From Candidatus Altarchaeum sp. (lineage in GTDB: Archaea; Altiarchaeota; Altiarchaeia; Altiarchaeales; Altiarchaeaceae): DNA of 38,372 bases. Under the pieces are notes generated by a model. That model was not told where the DNA came from, did no database searches, and saw only the letters and a list, made by a program, of their open reading frames with translations. Below are positions 1 through 8,685 of this stretch, piece after piece (the stretch's first letter is position 1; every line of letters starts with the position of its first letter). The position numbers and the translations under genes are program-made. Location: contig JAGTWP010000007.1 in assembly GCA_018260755.1 (NCBI GenBank), positions 1 to 38,372 on the forward strand. The letters run 5' to 3'.

Positions 1-28
1 TGAGCAAATTTTTTAAATTTTTTCTAAT

Positions 29-188
29 GTTATATTAAAAGTTATATTAAAGGTTATATTAAAGGTTATATTAAAAGTTATATTAAAGGTTATATTAAAG
101 GTTATATTAAAGGTTATATTAAAAGTTATATTAAAGGTTATATTAAAGGTTATATTAAAGGTTATATTAAAAGTTATATTAAAGGTTA
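29..188. repeat. 12-bp tandem repeat array: 13 full units of GTTATATTAAAR plus a degenerate 14th
   Basis: Units start at 29, 41, 53 ... 173. Only the 12th base varies (A or G), in the order A-G-G-A-G-G-G-A-G-G-G-A-G. The array runs into the carB stop codon (186-188). Confidence 0.95.
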
Positions 189-2102
189 TCCTGTCCTGTA
201 TTCATTTACATCCTTAACACAAATTTCCTCCCCTTTTCTTAATGTTTCAATTGCATTGATGACTGCTTTTACTGCTTTTATGGTGGTTATATAAGGAATA
301 TTAAGCTCAACAGATGCCCTTCTTATCATATATCCGTCCTTTCTCGGATTTACTCCTAACTTCGGAATGTTTATTACAAGAGCAATTTCTCTGTTTCTCA
401 TTAAATTTAATATATTTGGCTCGCCTTCGCTTATCTTTAAAACCCGTGTGTTTGTAATTCCATGTTGTGATAAATATCGCGATGTCCCGGATGTTGAAAT
501 TATTTCAAAATTTAAATTGTCCAATTTTTTTGCAACCTGCAAAATTTCTTCTTTATCCTCGCTTCTTACACTTATAAAAATTTTCCCTTTTAAAGGAATT
601 TTTGTCCCTGCAGCAAGTTCCGCTTTATAAAATGCCATTCCGAAACTATCTCCAATTCCCATAACCTCCCCTGTTGAACGCATTTCAGGACCAAGCACAG
701 GGTCAACATTCGGAAGTTTCAGGAATGGAAAAACAACCTCTTTAACACAAACATGCTTTGTTTTTTCAAGATTTTTGTTATGTTGAAATACATCTATCAA
801 TTCATTCAGTTTCTTTCCGAGTATAACCTTTGTGGCGAGCTTTGCTAACTGAATACCAGTTGCTTTGCTTACAAAAGGAACTGTCCTGCTTGCTCTCGGA
901 TTTGCTTCAATGACATAGACCTTTTCATCCTTAATAGCATATTGAATGTTGATCATCCCGATAGTTCGTAAATTTATTGCAATTTTTTTTGTGGTCTCCT
1001 TGAGTTGCGCTATGATTTCTTTACTTATTGTTTGCGATGGAATTACAGCAGCGGAATCACCGGAATGAATACCTGCTTCTTCTATATGCTCCATTATTGC
1101 TCCGATTAAAACATCCGTTCCATCACATACAGCATCAACATCACATTCGGTTGCATCGGAAAGAAATTTATCAACCAATATCGGATGTTTGCCTAATTCA
1201 TCTTCACTTACCTTTACAGCTTCTTTCATATACTCTGCAAGTTCTTCATCATTATAAACAATTTCCATCGCTCTCCCACCCAAAACATAACTCGGCCTGA
1301 CTAGTACCGGATAGGTAATTTCGTATGCTATTTTTTTTACTTCTTCATAAGTATATCCTGTTCCGCCTTTTGCCTTTAATATTCCTAATTTCTCAAAAAA
1401 TTTCTCTGACTTTTCTCTGTTCTCTCCAATGTCAATATCCTCTGGCTGTGTTCCTAAAACATGCACTCCTTCTTTTTTGAGTGCATTCGCTAAATTTATT
1501 GATGTCTGTCCGCCAAACTGCACAATAACCCCTAAAAAATTTTGAGCCGTAAGATCTTTACTCTCTTTTTTAATGACATTTAATACATCCTCCAACATTA
1601 GCGGTTCAAAATACAATTTGTCGGAAATATCAAAATCAGTTGAGACGGTTTCGGGATTGTTGTTTATGATAATTGCTTCTATTCCTTCCTCCCTTAATGC
1701 AGATATTGCATGAACAGTGCAGTAATCAAATTCAATTCCCTGTCCGATTCTGATCGGTCCGGCACCTAAAATTATTGCTTTTTTGTTATCTGAAACCTCA
1801 ATTTCATCTTCCTCGTCGGTATAAGTGGAATAATAATAAGGTGTTTGTGCCTCAAATTCTCCCGCACATGTATCAACCATCTTATAAACAGGCATTCTCC
1901 GGATTTTTCTTATTTCTTTTTCATCTAAATTTTCATAATTTTTATTTGACTTTAAAATTTCCAAGACCTTTTTATCACTAAATCCGTAATACTTTAATTT
2001 ATCAATATTATCCTTTAATTTATCAATATTATCCTTTAATTTATCAATATTGTCATTTAATTTATCAACATTATCCCCTGATTTGTTATCGGTATTATCC
2101 AT
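186..2102 (-). CDS. carB: Carbamoyl-phosphate synthase large subunit, C-terminal half (split CarB: second ATP-grasp module plus MGS-like allosteric domain)
   Basis: 638-aa ORF with CarB hallmarks: VYKMVDTCAGEFEAQTPYYYSTY, ILGAGPIRIGQGIEFDYC, VRPSYVLGGRAMEIV, IEANPRASRTVPFVSKATG and a C-terminal MGS-like region. Homology starts near residue 38, after a DNIDKLK repeat leader. Confidence 0.9.
   Translation of the reverse strand: MDNTDNKSGDNVDKLNDNIDKLKDNIDKLKDNIDKLKYYGFSDKKVLEILKSNKNYENLDEKEIRKIRRMPVYKMVDTCAGEFEAQTPYYYSTYTDEEDEIEVSDNKKAIILGAGPIRIGQGIEFDYCTVHAISALREEGIEAIIINNNPETVSTDFDISDKLYFEPLMLEDVLNVIKKESKDLTAQNFLGVIVQFGGQTSINLANALKKEGVHVLGTQPEDIDIGENREKSEKFFEKLGILKAKGGTGYTYEEVKKIAYEITYPVLVRPSYVLGGRAMEIVYNDEELAEYMKEAVKVSEDELGKHPILVDKFLSDATECDVDAVCDGTDVLIGAIMEHIEEAGIHSGDSAAVIPSQTISKEIIAQLKETTKKIAINLRTIGMINIQYAIKDEKVYVIEANPRASRTVPFVSKATGIQLAKLATKVILGKKLNELIDVFQHNKNLEKTKHVCVKEVVFPFLKLPNVDPVLGPEMRSTGEVMGIGDSFGMAFYKAELAAGTKIPLKGKIFISVRSEDKEEILQVAKKLDNLNFEIISTSGTSRYLSQHGITNTRVLKISEGEPNILNLMRNREIALVINIPKLGVNPRKDGYMIRRASVELNIPYITTIKAVKAVINAIETLRKGEEICVKDVNEYRTG
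1992..2075. repeat. 21-bp coding tandem repeat (3 good units plus 1 degenerate) encoding (DNIDKLK)n at the CarB N-terminus
   Basis: CTTTAATTTATCAATATTATC is repeated head-to-tail with period 21 on the + strand. It translates on the - strand to DKLNDNIDKLKDNIDKLKDNIDKLK. Confidence 0.9.
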
Positions 2103-2169
2103 TTAAATTTTTATGTCAATTTAAATTTTTATATTCTATTAAATTTTAACATAATCAATTAAATTTACT

Positions 2170-3318
2170 TTAAAATTTTAAAATTTCCGCTTTTCCTTTT
2201 AGCATTAGATAGACAGCAACATATTCTGGAATCTTGTTAATCCCTTTTTTTAGTTCAAAGTCATTGAGCAGCCAGAATTTTAGGTCATCATTAAGAGAAA
2301 TTTCAACATCTGTTTCATTAAACGCAACAAAGTCCTTAAAATTTTCCTCAACCGTGAAATTTTCAGCATTGTCAATTTTTTTTGCTCTAAGACCAGTTCC
2401 TCCGTGCAATGTATTTTCAAGTCGTATGAGTCGCGATATATCCTGTGTTACCTGTCTGTCCGTGTCGGCGGTTAAATTTACGGCATATTTTTTAATCTTC
2501 TCTTTCATTCGTTTGTCTTTTAAATACCCTCTGAATTTATCATAATTTCCCTTTTCTATATCTTCACGGATTTCTTTTATTTTTCTTCTTCTTTCCTCTC
2601 CAAGCCGTTTGTTAGTTTCATCTTCATTTAAAATTTCAATTGCCGCCTCTGCGATTCTTTTTCCCCATCCGACATCATCTGGTTTTGGACCGATTAAAAT
2701 TTCTGTTTTTGTTTCGGTTCCTTTTCTTTTTCTATCCATTATTTCCACTCCGCTTCCGATCTCTTTTACCTCAAAGAAAACACTTTTTTTAATATCACTA
2801 AGTAACTTGTTTGCAGTCACATAGTCCAAAATTTCTCTCCTCTCTTCTTTTCCTAATTTTCTTATTCTCTCGTCAAAGACCTTCACATGAAATCCCTTGC
2901 TTCCTGAAAAATTTACCTTAATATCCTTTGCTGAAAATCCGAAATCACCTTTCAAAAAGTCAAGCAATTTCAAAATTTCATCCCAAATTATTTCAATCTT
3001 TTTGGGTTCAATAAATTCCATCTCGGCATCAAAATCAAAGAGCAAGTCAGCACCGAGCCAGTTTTTGCGTGAAATTTCGTTTTCTGGAAATTCATAATAT
3101 GCTGCGGAATATGAAATGTAAAACGGAGCGTCAAATTTCAGGTAGTGGTTTAAATCATTCTCCGACTTGAAACTCTTATGTCTAAATGCAATCTTTTTTT
3201 CTATATTTCCAATCCCAAATTCTCTATGATAGATTTCAGGTGGTGCGGAAATGTTGTGCTTAATATAATATTCCCGAAATTTCTTTTTAATATAAAGAGC
3301 TGTTTTTTGTTCCATCAC
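2170..3318 (-). CDS. priS: DNA primase small (catalytic) subunit PriS
   Basis: 382-aa ORF. REFGIG...FRHKSF...YISYSAAYYEFP...KNWLGADLLFDFDAE matches the archaeo-eukaryotic primase N-terminal region, including the catalytic DxD (FDFD). Confidence 0.85.
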   Translation of the reverse strand: MMEQKTALYIKKKFREYYIKHNISAPPEIYHREFGIGNIEKKIAFRHKSFKSENDLNHYLKFDAPFYISYSAAYYEFPENEISRKNWLGADLLFDFDAEMEFIEPKKIEIIWDEILKLLDFLKGDFGFSAKDIKVNFSGSKGFHVKVFDERIRKLGKEERREILDYVTANKLLSDIKKSVFFEVKEIGSGVEIMDRKRKGTETKTEILIGPKPDDVGWGKRIAEAAIEILNEDETNKRLGEERRRKIKEIREDIEKGNYDKFRGYLKDKRMKEKIKKYAVNLTADTDRQVTQDISRLIRLENTLHGGTGLRAKKIDNAENFTVEENFKDFVAFNETDVEISLNDDLKFWLLNDFELKKGINKIPEYVAVYLMLKGKAEILKF

Positions 3319-3436
3319 AATAAATTTAAATTTTATAAATTTTTTGTATTTTAAATTTTAGACCTTAATTTAATATTTTATCTTTTAATAATAATTATAT
3401 TGTGATTATAAATTTATTGTGATTATAAATTTTAAA

Positions 3437-4171
3437 ATGAAACCGATATATGCTATTTTAGGAGTGATTGTTGTTGCAGGAGTGTTGTTGCTGTCCGGAT
3501 GTATTGGCACAAATCAAAGCGGATTTGATGCAAATAAGGTAATTGAAGCACAGAAAAATGTAAATCAGTATGTATTTGAGGGTGAAATAACCTTGGGCAA
3601 GACGGGAATGCAGCAGTCCATTTCCATGAACGGAAAGGTAGATGCGGAAAACCTAAAAATGTATGTAAATACAAACATAATGGGACAAAATGAAGAATTA
3701 TACCTAATCGGTGAAGAAACATATATAAAAAATAATAATGGTCAATGGAATAAAATGAAAAAAGATGATTTATGGAATAATTCAAACCGATATGGAAGTA
3801 CTGTTGAAATTTTAAAAAGCCCAAACACAAAAATTGAGATTCTCGGAGAAGAAAATGTAGATGGAGATGTATGTTATATTGTAAACATTACGGCAGATAC
3901 GGAAAAACTAAAAGAACAATTTGCAAAAAGTATGGGTGGAGGTATATCAGAAGTAGAATATAATTTGAATGTTAGTTCATATACTTTGTATGTATCCAAG
4001 GCAACAAATTTCATCAAAAAAGAATATCTGAATGCCAGCATGGTGGTGTCTGCACAAGATATGAATGTGGAAGTAGAAATTACCTTTGTGTTCAGATATA
4101 AAGACATAAATAAGCCAGTAGATATACAACTTCCAGAAGAAGCAAGGAACGCAGAAACAACAAGTCAATAA
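3437..4171 (+). CDS. Secreted lipoprotein of unknown function (lipobox LLLSGC)
   Basis: I trimmed the ORF to the ATG at 3437 (MKPIYAILGVIVVAGVLLLSGCIG), which gives a signal peptide plus lipobox Cys. The rest is a soluble beta-rich domain. The alternative start at 3419 in the ORF track lies inside a 17-bp direct repeat. Confidence 0.7.
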   Translation: MKPIYAILGVIVVAGVLLLSGCIGTNQSGFDANKVIEAQKNVNQYVFEGEITLGKTGMQQSISMNGKVDAENLKMYVNTNIMGQNEELYLIGEETYIKNNNGQWNKMKKDDLWNNSNRYGSTVEILKSPNTKIEILGEENVDGDVCYIVNITADTEKLKEQFAKSMGGGISEVEYNLNVSSYTLYVSKATNFIKKEYLNASMVVSAQDMNVEVEITFVFRYKDINKPVDIQLPEEARNAETTSQ

Positions 4172-4320
4172 GTGAATTACCAATGAATTAATGAATGAAT
4201 TTTAAATTTTTTATTTAAATTTTATTTTTTATCTATTTTAAATTTTATTTTTTACTTTTTAATAAATTTTATTTTAAATTTTTTTATTTGAGCAAATTTT
4301 TATAAATTTTATCTTTTAAG

Positions 4321-5091
4321 ATGCAGTCATCTAAATCTAATCCTAAATCCGATGTCAAACATGAGGTATTTTCGTTCGCGCAGGATGTTATTTACGCACT
4401 TGCGGCGGTCTTAATCATATTTGGAACGATGTATTTGATTTTAGGGCCTCCGTTTCCTCCGATTGTAGTTGTTGTTTCTACAAGTATGCTGCACGAAGAC
4501 GGGAATACTCAATGGAAGACATGGCTTGAAGAAAATAATTTAAATTACACAAATTTTCCACTTATTGGTGGATTTGATAAAGGAGATGTAATAATAACAA
4601 AGCGAACAACAAATGTATCTCTCGGAGATGTAATTATTTATGAAAGAGACCTTGAACATTATGGCTTAGAGTCCGCTCCGATTATTCACAGAGCCGTAGG
4701 AATCATTACCATAAGGGACTGGAAATTTGAAAATTATACGGGAACATTAGATTGTATTGATGAGGCACAAATTGAAGGAGCAATAGCTCATGTTAAAATG
4801 TGTAATGAAGAAACAACGAATTATGACCCAAACACCCCAATTATAAAAGAAACTTGTCAATACAAAAATTTCCCGAAAGAAGGAAATTTTAAATTTTACA
4901 TAACCAAAGGAGATAATAATCCGGTTTCCGACCAGTGCGGCTTAATGGGAGGTGTGCATACATCAATGCGACTAATTCCCGAAACACAGGTAATAACAAA
5001 TGCGTGGATTCTTATTCCTAAAGTAGGATATATAAAAATATGGATGAACGATGCAATTTCTTTTATAAGCTCACCTTTCAGAGGGCATTGA
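4321..5091 (+). CDS. Signal peptidase I, archaeal/eukaryal S26B type, with a Cys-containing insertion
   Basis: It has an N-terminal TM segment, then VVVSTSM (catalytic Ser box), GDVIIYER, IIHRAVG (His box) and TKGDNNPVSD (GDNN box). About 60 extra residues with 3 Cys lie between the His and GDNN boxes. Confidence 0.75.
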   Translation: MQSSKSNPKSDVKHEVFSFAQDVIYALAAVLIIFGTMYLILGPPFPPIVVVVSTSMLHEDGNTQWKTWLEENNLNYTNFPLIGGFDKGDVIITKRTTNVSLGDVIIYERDLEHYGLESAPIIHRAVGIITIRDWKFENYTGTLDCIDEAQIEGAIAHVKMCNEETTNYDPNTPIIKETCQYKNFPKEGNFKFYITKGDNNPVSDQCGLMGGVHTSMRLIPETQVITNAWILIPKVGYIKIWMNDAISFISSPFRGH

Positions 5092-5099
5092 ATTTAAAT

Positions 5100-5633
5100 T
5101 TATTTTTTTAAATTTTCAATTGCAGTAAAAATAATTTTTTTCATGCCTTCAATATCCCACTTTGAGGTATTTATACATAAGTCATAATTTCTTAAATCGT
5201 TTATGTCTATGTTATAAATCTCCTTAAATCTTTTATATTCGCTTAATTCCCTGTTCTTTATGCCGCTACTCGCATTGTCATAACTGCACTTTTCTCTTTT
5301 CATAACTCTTTTTGTTCTGACATCAACTTCTGCATCCAGAAAAATTTTAATATCTGATTTCACCACAAACCAGGAAATTCTTCCCTCAACAACACAATTG
5401 TTGCCTTTTTTGATTTCTTTTTCAACTAATAACTTTTGATGCTTGTCTATTTCTTTATCAATCTCAAAATTTTTTTCTGCATACGTTGAAAGCTCCAAAA
5501 GTGATAAATTTCTTTCTTTAGCCATTCCTCGCATTATTTCGCCTGCCGATATGTGCACAAAGTTCAATTTTGAAATTTCGTTGGCAATACTTGTTTTTCC
5601 CGAGCCGATTGTTCCTGATAAGGTGATGAGCAT
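5100..5633 (-). CDS. cmk: Cytidylate kinase, archaeal type
   Basis: 177 aa. It has a P-loop (LSGTIGSGKTS) followed by HISAGEIMRGMAKERNLSLLELSTYAE...EIDKEID, typical of archaeal CMP kinases. Confidence 0.8.
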   Translation of the reverse strand: MLITLSGTIGSGKTSIANEISKLNFVHISAGEIMRGMAKERNLSLLELSTYAEKNFEIDKEIDKHQKLLVEKEIKKGNNCVVEGRISWFVVKSDIKIFLDAEVDVRTKRVMKREKCSYDNASSGIKNRELSEYKRFKEIYNIDINDLRNYDLCINTSKWDIEGMKKIIFTAIENLKK

Positions 5634-5774
5634 CTTAAAATTTTAAGATAATTATTTTTCTATTTGCTTTTAATTTATTATTTTTGTTTGCATTTATATT
5701 TATGTATTTTTAATTAGATTTTTAATTACTTATTTAATTTAAAAGTACACATAACAAAATATATACACAACAAA

Positions 5775-6398
5775 ATGGCTTTTTTATGGTTTAAAAGGTG
5801 GCTCAATAAATTGTTCGGTAAAAAGAAGTCCGTCAGATTGGGATTTTATGGACCCCCTAATGCAGGAAAGACAACGCTTGCAAATAAAATTTCAAAGGAC
5901 TGGACCGGAACGGAAATCGGAAAGGTCTCTGAAGTTCCGCATGAAACAAGAGTTGTACAAAAAAAAGAAAAGGTAATAGTGAGGGTTGGAAATAAAAAGA
6001 TAGAAATGGATTTGTTAGATATGCCAGGTATTGCTACAAAGGTCGATTTTGAGGAGTTTGTAGATGATTATAAAATGAGTGAGGAAGAAGCAAAACAACG
6101 CGCAAAAGAGGCAACAGGTGGAATTATTGAGGCAATAAAATGGCTTGAAAATGTAGATATTGCAATTGTTGTTTTTGATGCATCCCTTGATCCGTATACG
6201 CAGACAAATATTACTATTATCGGAAATTTTGAAGCGAGAAAGATTCCGATAATACTTGTGGCAAACAAGATGGACCTAAAGAACGCAAATGTTGAGAGAA
6301 TTAAAAATGCTTTTCCACAGCATGATGTTCTTGCAATATCTGCAAAAGACGGAACAAATATAGATAAACTTTACAAAATAATAGCAAAATATGCATAA
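5775..6398 (+). CDS. Small GTP-binding protein (Era/HSR1-like archaeal GTPase)
   Basis: G1 is GPPNAGKTT, G3 is DMPG, G4 is NKMD and G5 is SAKDG, within 207 aa. Confidence 0.8.
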   Translation: MAFLWFKRWLNKLFGKKKSVRLGFYGPPNAGKTTLANKISKDWTGTEIGKVSEVPHETRVVQKKEKVIVRVGNKKIEMDLLDMPGIATKVDFEEFVDDYKMSEEEAKQRAKEATGGIIEAIKWLENVDIAIVVFDASLDPYTQTNITIIGNFEARKIPIILVANKMDLKNANVERIKNAFPQHDVLAISAKDGTNIDKLYKIIAKYA

Positions 6399-6478
6399 TA
6401 AAAATTTAAAAATAATTTATAAATTTTACCCATATTTTAAATAATAAATTTATTCAAATAAACATTATTCAAATAACA

Positions 6479-6856
6479 ATGACACTAGAAATAGAGTTTT
6501 TATCTTCAAATATGCTTAAAGAAAAGAAGGGCTATGAGAAAATAAGTTTTATTTTATACAAGATAAAAAATGGTAAAATTTTAATACTGGAAGAGCCATT
6601 GACAATGATTGAACAATCAAAATTAATAGAAGAAACAATGATTGGCGTTGACAACAAATTTAAAGGCATAGAAGTGGCCTCATTGGGTGAGGAAAATAAG
6701 TCATTTGCTTCAAAAATTGCCGCTCTGCTCGGTATCAGAAAAGGAATTACTGTTATAGGTCCTGCAACAGTTATTAAAAGGTTAAGGCAGGAAAAAGAAC
6801 CGCAAAAAATTTTAATGAGTGCGGCAGAAGGTATTGACAATAAAAAAGCCGAATAG
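6479..6856 (+). CDS. Conserved archaeal protein, DUF2073-like
   Basis: 125 aa. The pattern IEFLSS...ISFILYKIKNGKILILEEPLT..EQSKLIEETM....FKGIE matches what I recall of DUF2073, which usually sits next to this GTPase. The assignment is from memory only. Confidence 0.55.
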   Translation: MTLEIEFLSSNMLKEKKGYEKISFILYKIKNGKILILEEPLTMIEQSKLIEETMIGVDNKFKGIEVASLGEENKSFASKIAALLGIRKGITVIGPATVIKRLRQEKEPQKILMSAAEGIDNKKAE

Positions 6857-6890
6857 GTAAAGAAGGAGTAATAAAAATGCAAATGCAAAA

Positions 6891-7094
6891 ATGCAGGAAA
6901 CGAAAATAAAAAGAATTTATCGCTCAAAAAAGGACAAAGCAATAGCAGGGGTCTGTGGAGGAATGGCAGAATATTTAAATGTAGATACGACTATAATCAG
7001 GATATTTTGGGCAGCATCTATATTTGTAGGCGCCTTCGGGATATTTGCATATATTTTTTGTTGGATAATTATTCCCAAGAATCCAAATCAGTAA
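6891..7094 (+). CDS. PspC-domain membrane protein
   Basis: The sequence has IYRSKKDKAIAGVCGGMAEYLNVDTTIIRIFWA followed by one TM helix, which is the classic PspC-domain signature. Confidence 0.8.
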   Translation: MQETKIKRIYRSKKDKAIAGVCGGMAEYLNVDTTIIRIFWAASIFVGAFGIFAYIFCWIIIPKNPNQ

Positions 7095-7153
7095 AATAAA
7101 AAATAATGACCTAAAATTATGCAATGCAAAACTTCGGAATTTAAAATAAAACA

Positions 7154-7249
7154 ATGAACAATGACAGTAAAGAAAGAGTTTTAATAATTGTTGACGGTAG
7201 TAATTTTTATCACGGCTTAAAAGGATTTAAAAAAGATTTAAAGAAATAA
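7154..7249 (+). pseudogene. 31-codon stub of a NYN/LabA-like (DUF88) nuclease gene
   Basis: MNNDSKERVLIIVDGSNFYHGLKGFKKDLKK* has the N-terminal (V/I)DGxN motif of NYN domains (compare VFVDGPN in the full-length gene at 35711-36349). It then terminates. Confidence 0.5.
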
Positions 7250-7259
7250 ATTTAATAAA

Positions 7260-7550
7260 ATGACATTTGCAATATCATTAGTAGATCTTGTACTAATTAT
7301 AATAATTATAGGTTATATAGGATTGAGTATAATAGATTGTGCGAATAGGAAGGATATTGACCAGCGTAAAAAGATTCTTTGGATACTTGTTCAGATATTT
7401 ATTCCTATAATAGGAGTATTATTGTATCTCCTATTATCTTGTAGTATAAGAAATACCTCAAAGAATATTGCCATATATTTTGGGGTTGGTTTGCTATTGC
7501 TTAGTATTGTTTTATTTTACACATTCCTTATAGGATTATATAACTTTTAG
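7260..7550 (+). CDS. Small membrane protein with a PLD-nuclease N-terminal (PLDc_N) domain
   Basis: 96 aa with 3 TM helices. KKILWILVQIFIPIIGVLLYLL is the PLDc_N signature. Its stop codon TAG (7548-7550) overlaps the IS terminal repeat. Confidence 0.65.
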   Translation: MTFAISLVDLVLIIIIIGYIGLSIIDCANRKDIDQRKKILWILVQIFIPIIGVLLYLLLSCSIRNTSKNIAIYFGVGLLLLSIVLFYTFLIGLYNF

Positions 7551-7893
7551 GACTTACGCAAGACAGACACGAACCCTTAGATTTTTAAGTTCGTTGAACA
7601 GATAATTGTGTAAAAGCCCCTTTTTGAGTTGGTAAATTGTCTTTTTAACTTTATATGCATAATCTTTCAAAGTAACCCAAACCAGCATACAACAGGCAAT
7701 ATGATTCCGTTGTATTCTTTGTTTTCGGCATTCGCATTCTTCAACACCTGTGGTTTGTTTTAGTTCTCTGTGAAAGGATATTTTTTGATTTTTAATATAT
7801 TCATATCTAATCCTAATAGTTTATATTAAAACTGCGTAAGTCCTAATATTTATATATAATCCTAATAATTTATATTAAAACTGCGTAAGTCCT
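7549..7893. mobile_element. Internally deleted IS remnant with a duplicated right end
   Basis: AGGACTTACGCA at 7549 is the inverse complement of TGCGTAAGTCCT at 7833-7844 and 7882-7893. The 36-bp end AATCCTAATARTTTATATTAAAACTGCGTAAGTCCT occurs twice in direct orientation (7809-7844, 7858-7893). The interior encodes only a transposase C-terminus. Confidence 0.8.
7554..7820 (-). pseudogene. DDE transposase C-terminal fragment (IS4/IS701-like superfamily; family not assignable by eye)
   Basis: The open frame has no start codon. It reads ...IKNQKISFHRELKQTTGVEECECRKQRIQRNHIACCMLVWVTLKDYAYKVKKTIYQLKKGLLHNYLFNELKNLRVRVCLA*. The FHRELKQ..G.E.C.CRK...QRNHI block is a typical transposase C-terminal (E of DDE) region. 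The stop lies inside the terminal repeat. Confidence 0.65.
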
Positions 7894-7953
7894 ATAAATT
7901 TAATATTTAATTTTAATTAACAATAAACAAAATAAAAATTTAAAAATAACAAA

Positions 7954-8325
7954 ATGGCAGATAAACCGACGGGAATATGGGTGTGTGCGATATTGTTTGC
8001 AGTTGGAGGGGTGCTTGGTATTTTGGGAGGGATTGCAATACTTTTGATGGGAGGTGCAATGTTTGGCATGGGAGGTGCAGACACAGAGGTGGCAGGGATG
8101 TTTGCAGGAATGATGGGCATTTTTGCAGTTATTTCTTTAATAATTGGAGTTGCCGAACTTGCTGTTGCGTACGGAATATGGAAAATGAAGAAATGGGCGA
8201 GAATTGCAGGAATAATTTTGGCTGTTATCGCACTGATAGGCATTCCAATTGGAACAATTATAGGTATAGTTATTCTGTATTTCCTGTTAATAGACAAGAA
8301 CACAAAGGATTTATTCACAGAATAG
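7954..8325 (+). CDS. Small polytopic membrane protein, tandem paralog 1
   Basis: 123 aa, Gly/Ala/Ile-rich with 3-4 TM helices and a shared AYGIWKMKKW motif. The C-terminus is identical to the next gene. Confidence 0.7.
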   Translation: MADKPTGIWVCAILFAVGGVLGILGGIAILLMGGAMFGMGGADTEVAGMFAGMMGIFAVISLIIGVAELAVAYGIWKMKKWARIAGIILAVIALIGIPIGTIIGIVILYFLLIDKNTKDLFTE

Positions 8326-8373
8326 AAAAACCAAAGACACTTTATTATAAATAAAAATATTCAAAATAACAAA

Positions 8374-8685
8374 ATGGTAGATAAACCGATAGGAATACAG
8401 GTGTGTGCAGCATTGTTTGCAATAGAAGGAATGTTTTGTATTTTGGTAGGAACTGGAGTATTTTTGACGGATATAAAGTTATTTGGTCTATTTTTTTTAA
8501 TGCTTGGAGTTGCCTTACTTGCTGTTGCGTATGGAATATGGAAAATGAAGAAATGGGGGAAAGATTTTGGATCAGCTTTAGCTGTTATGACACTGATAAA
8601 CATTCCAGTTGGAACAATTATAGGTATAGTTATTCTGTATTTCCTGTTAATAGACAAGAACACAAAGGATTTATTCACAGAATAG
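8374..8685 (+). CDS. Small polytopic membrane protein, tandem paralog 2
   Basis: 103 aa. The first 8 and last 24 or so residues are near-identical to 7954-8325. The copy is offset by 420 bp. Confidence 0.7.
   Translation: MVDKPIGIQVCAALFAIEGMFCILVGTGVFLTDIKLFGLFFLMLGVALLAVAYGIWKMKKWGKDFGSALAVMTLINIPVGTIIGIVILYFLLIDKNTKDLFTE

Noticed and set aside
29-188. The array at the window start as a CRISPR array.
   Set aside because: The units are 12 bp and directly abutting, with no spacers. No cas genes are present. It is a plain tandem satellite.
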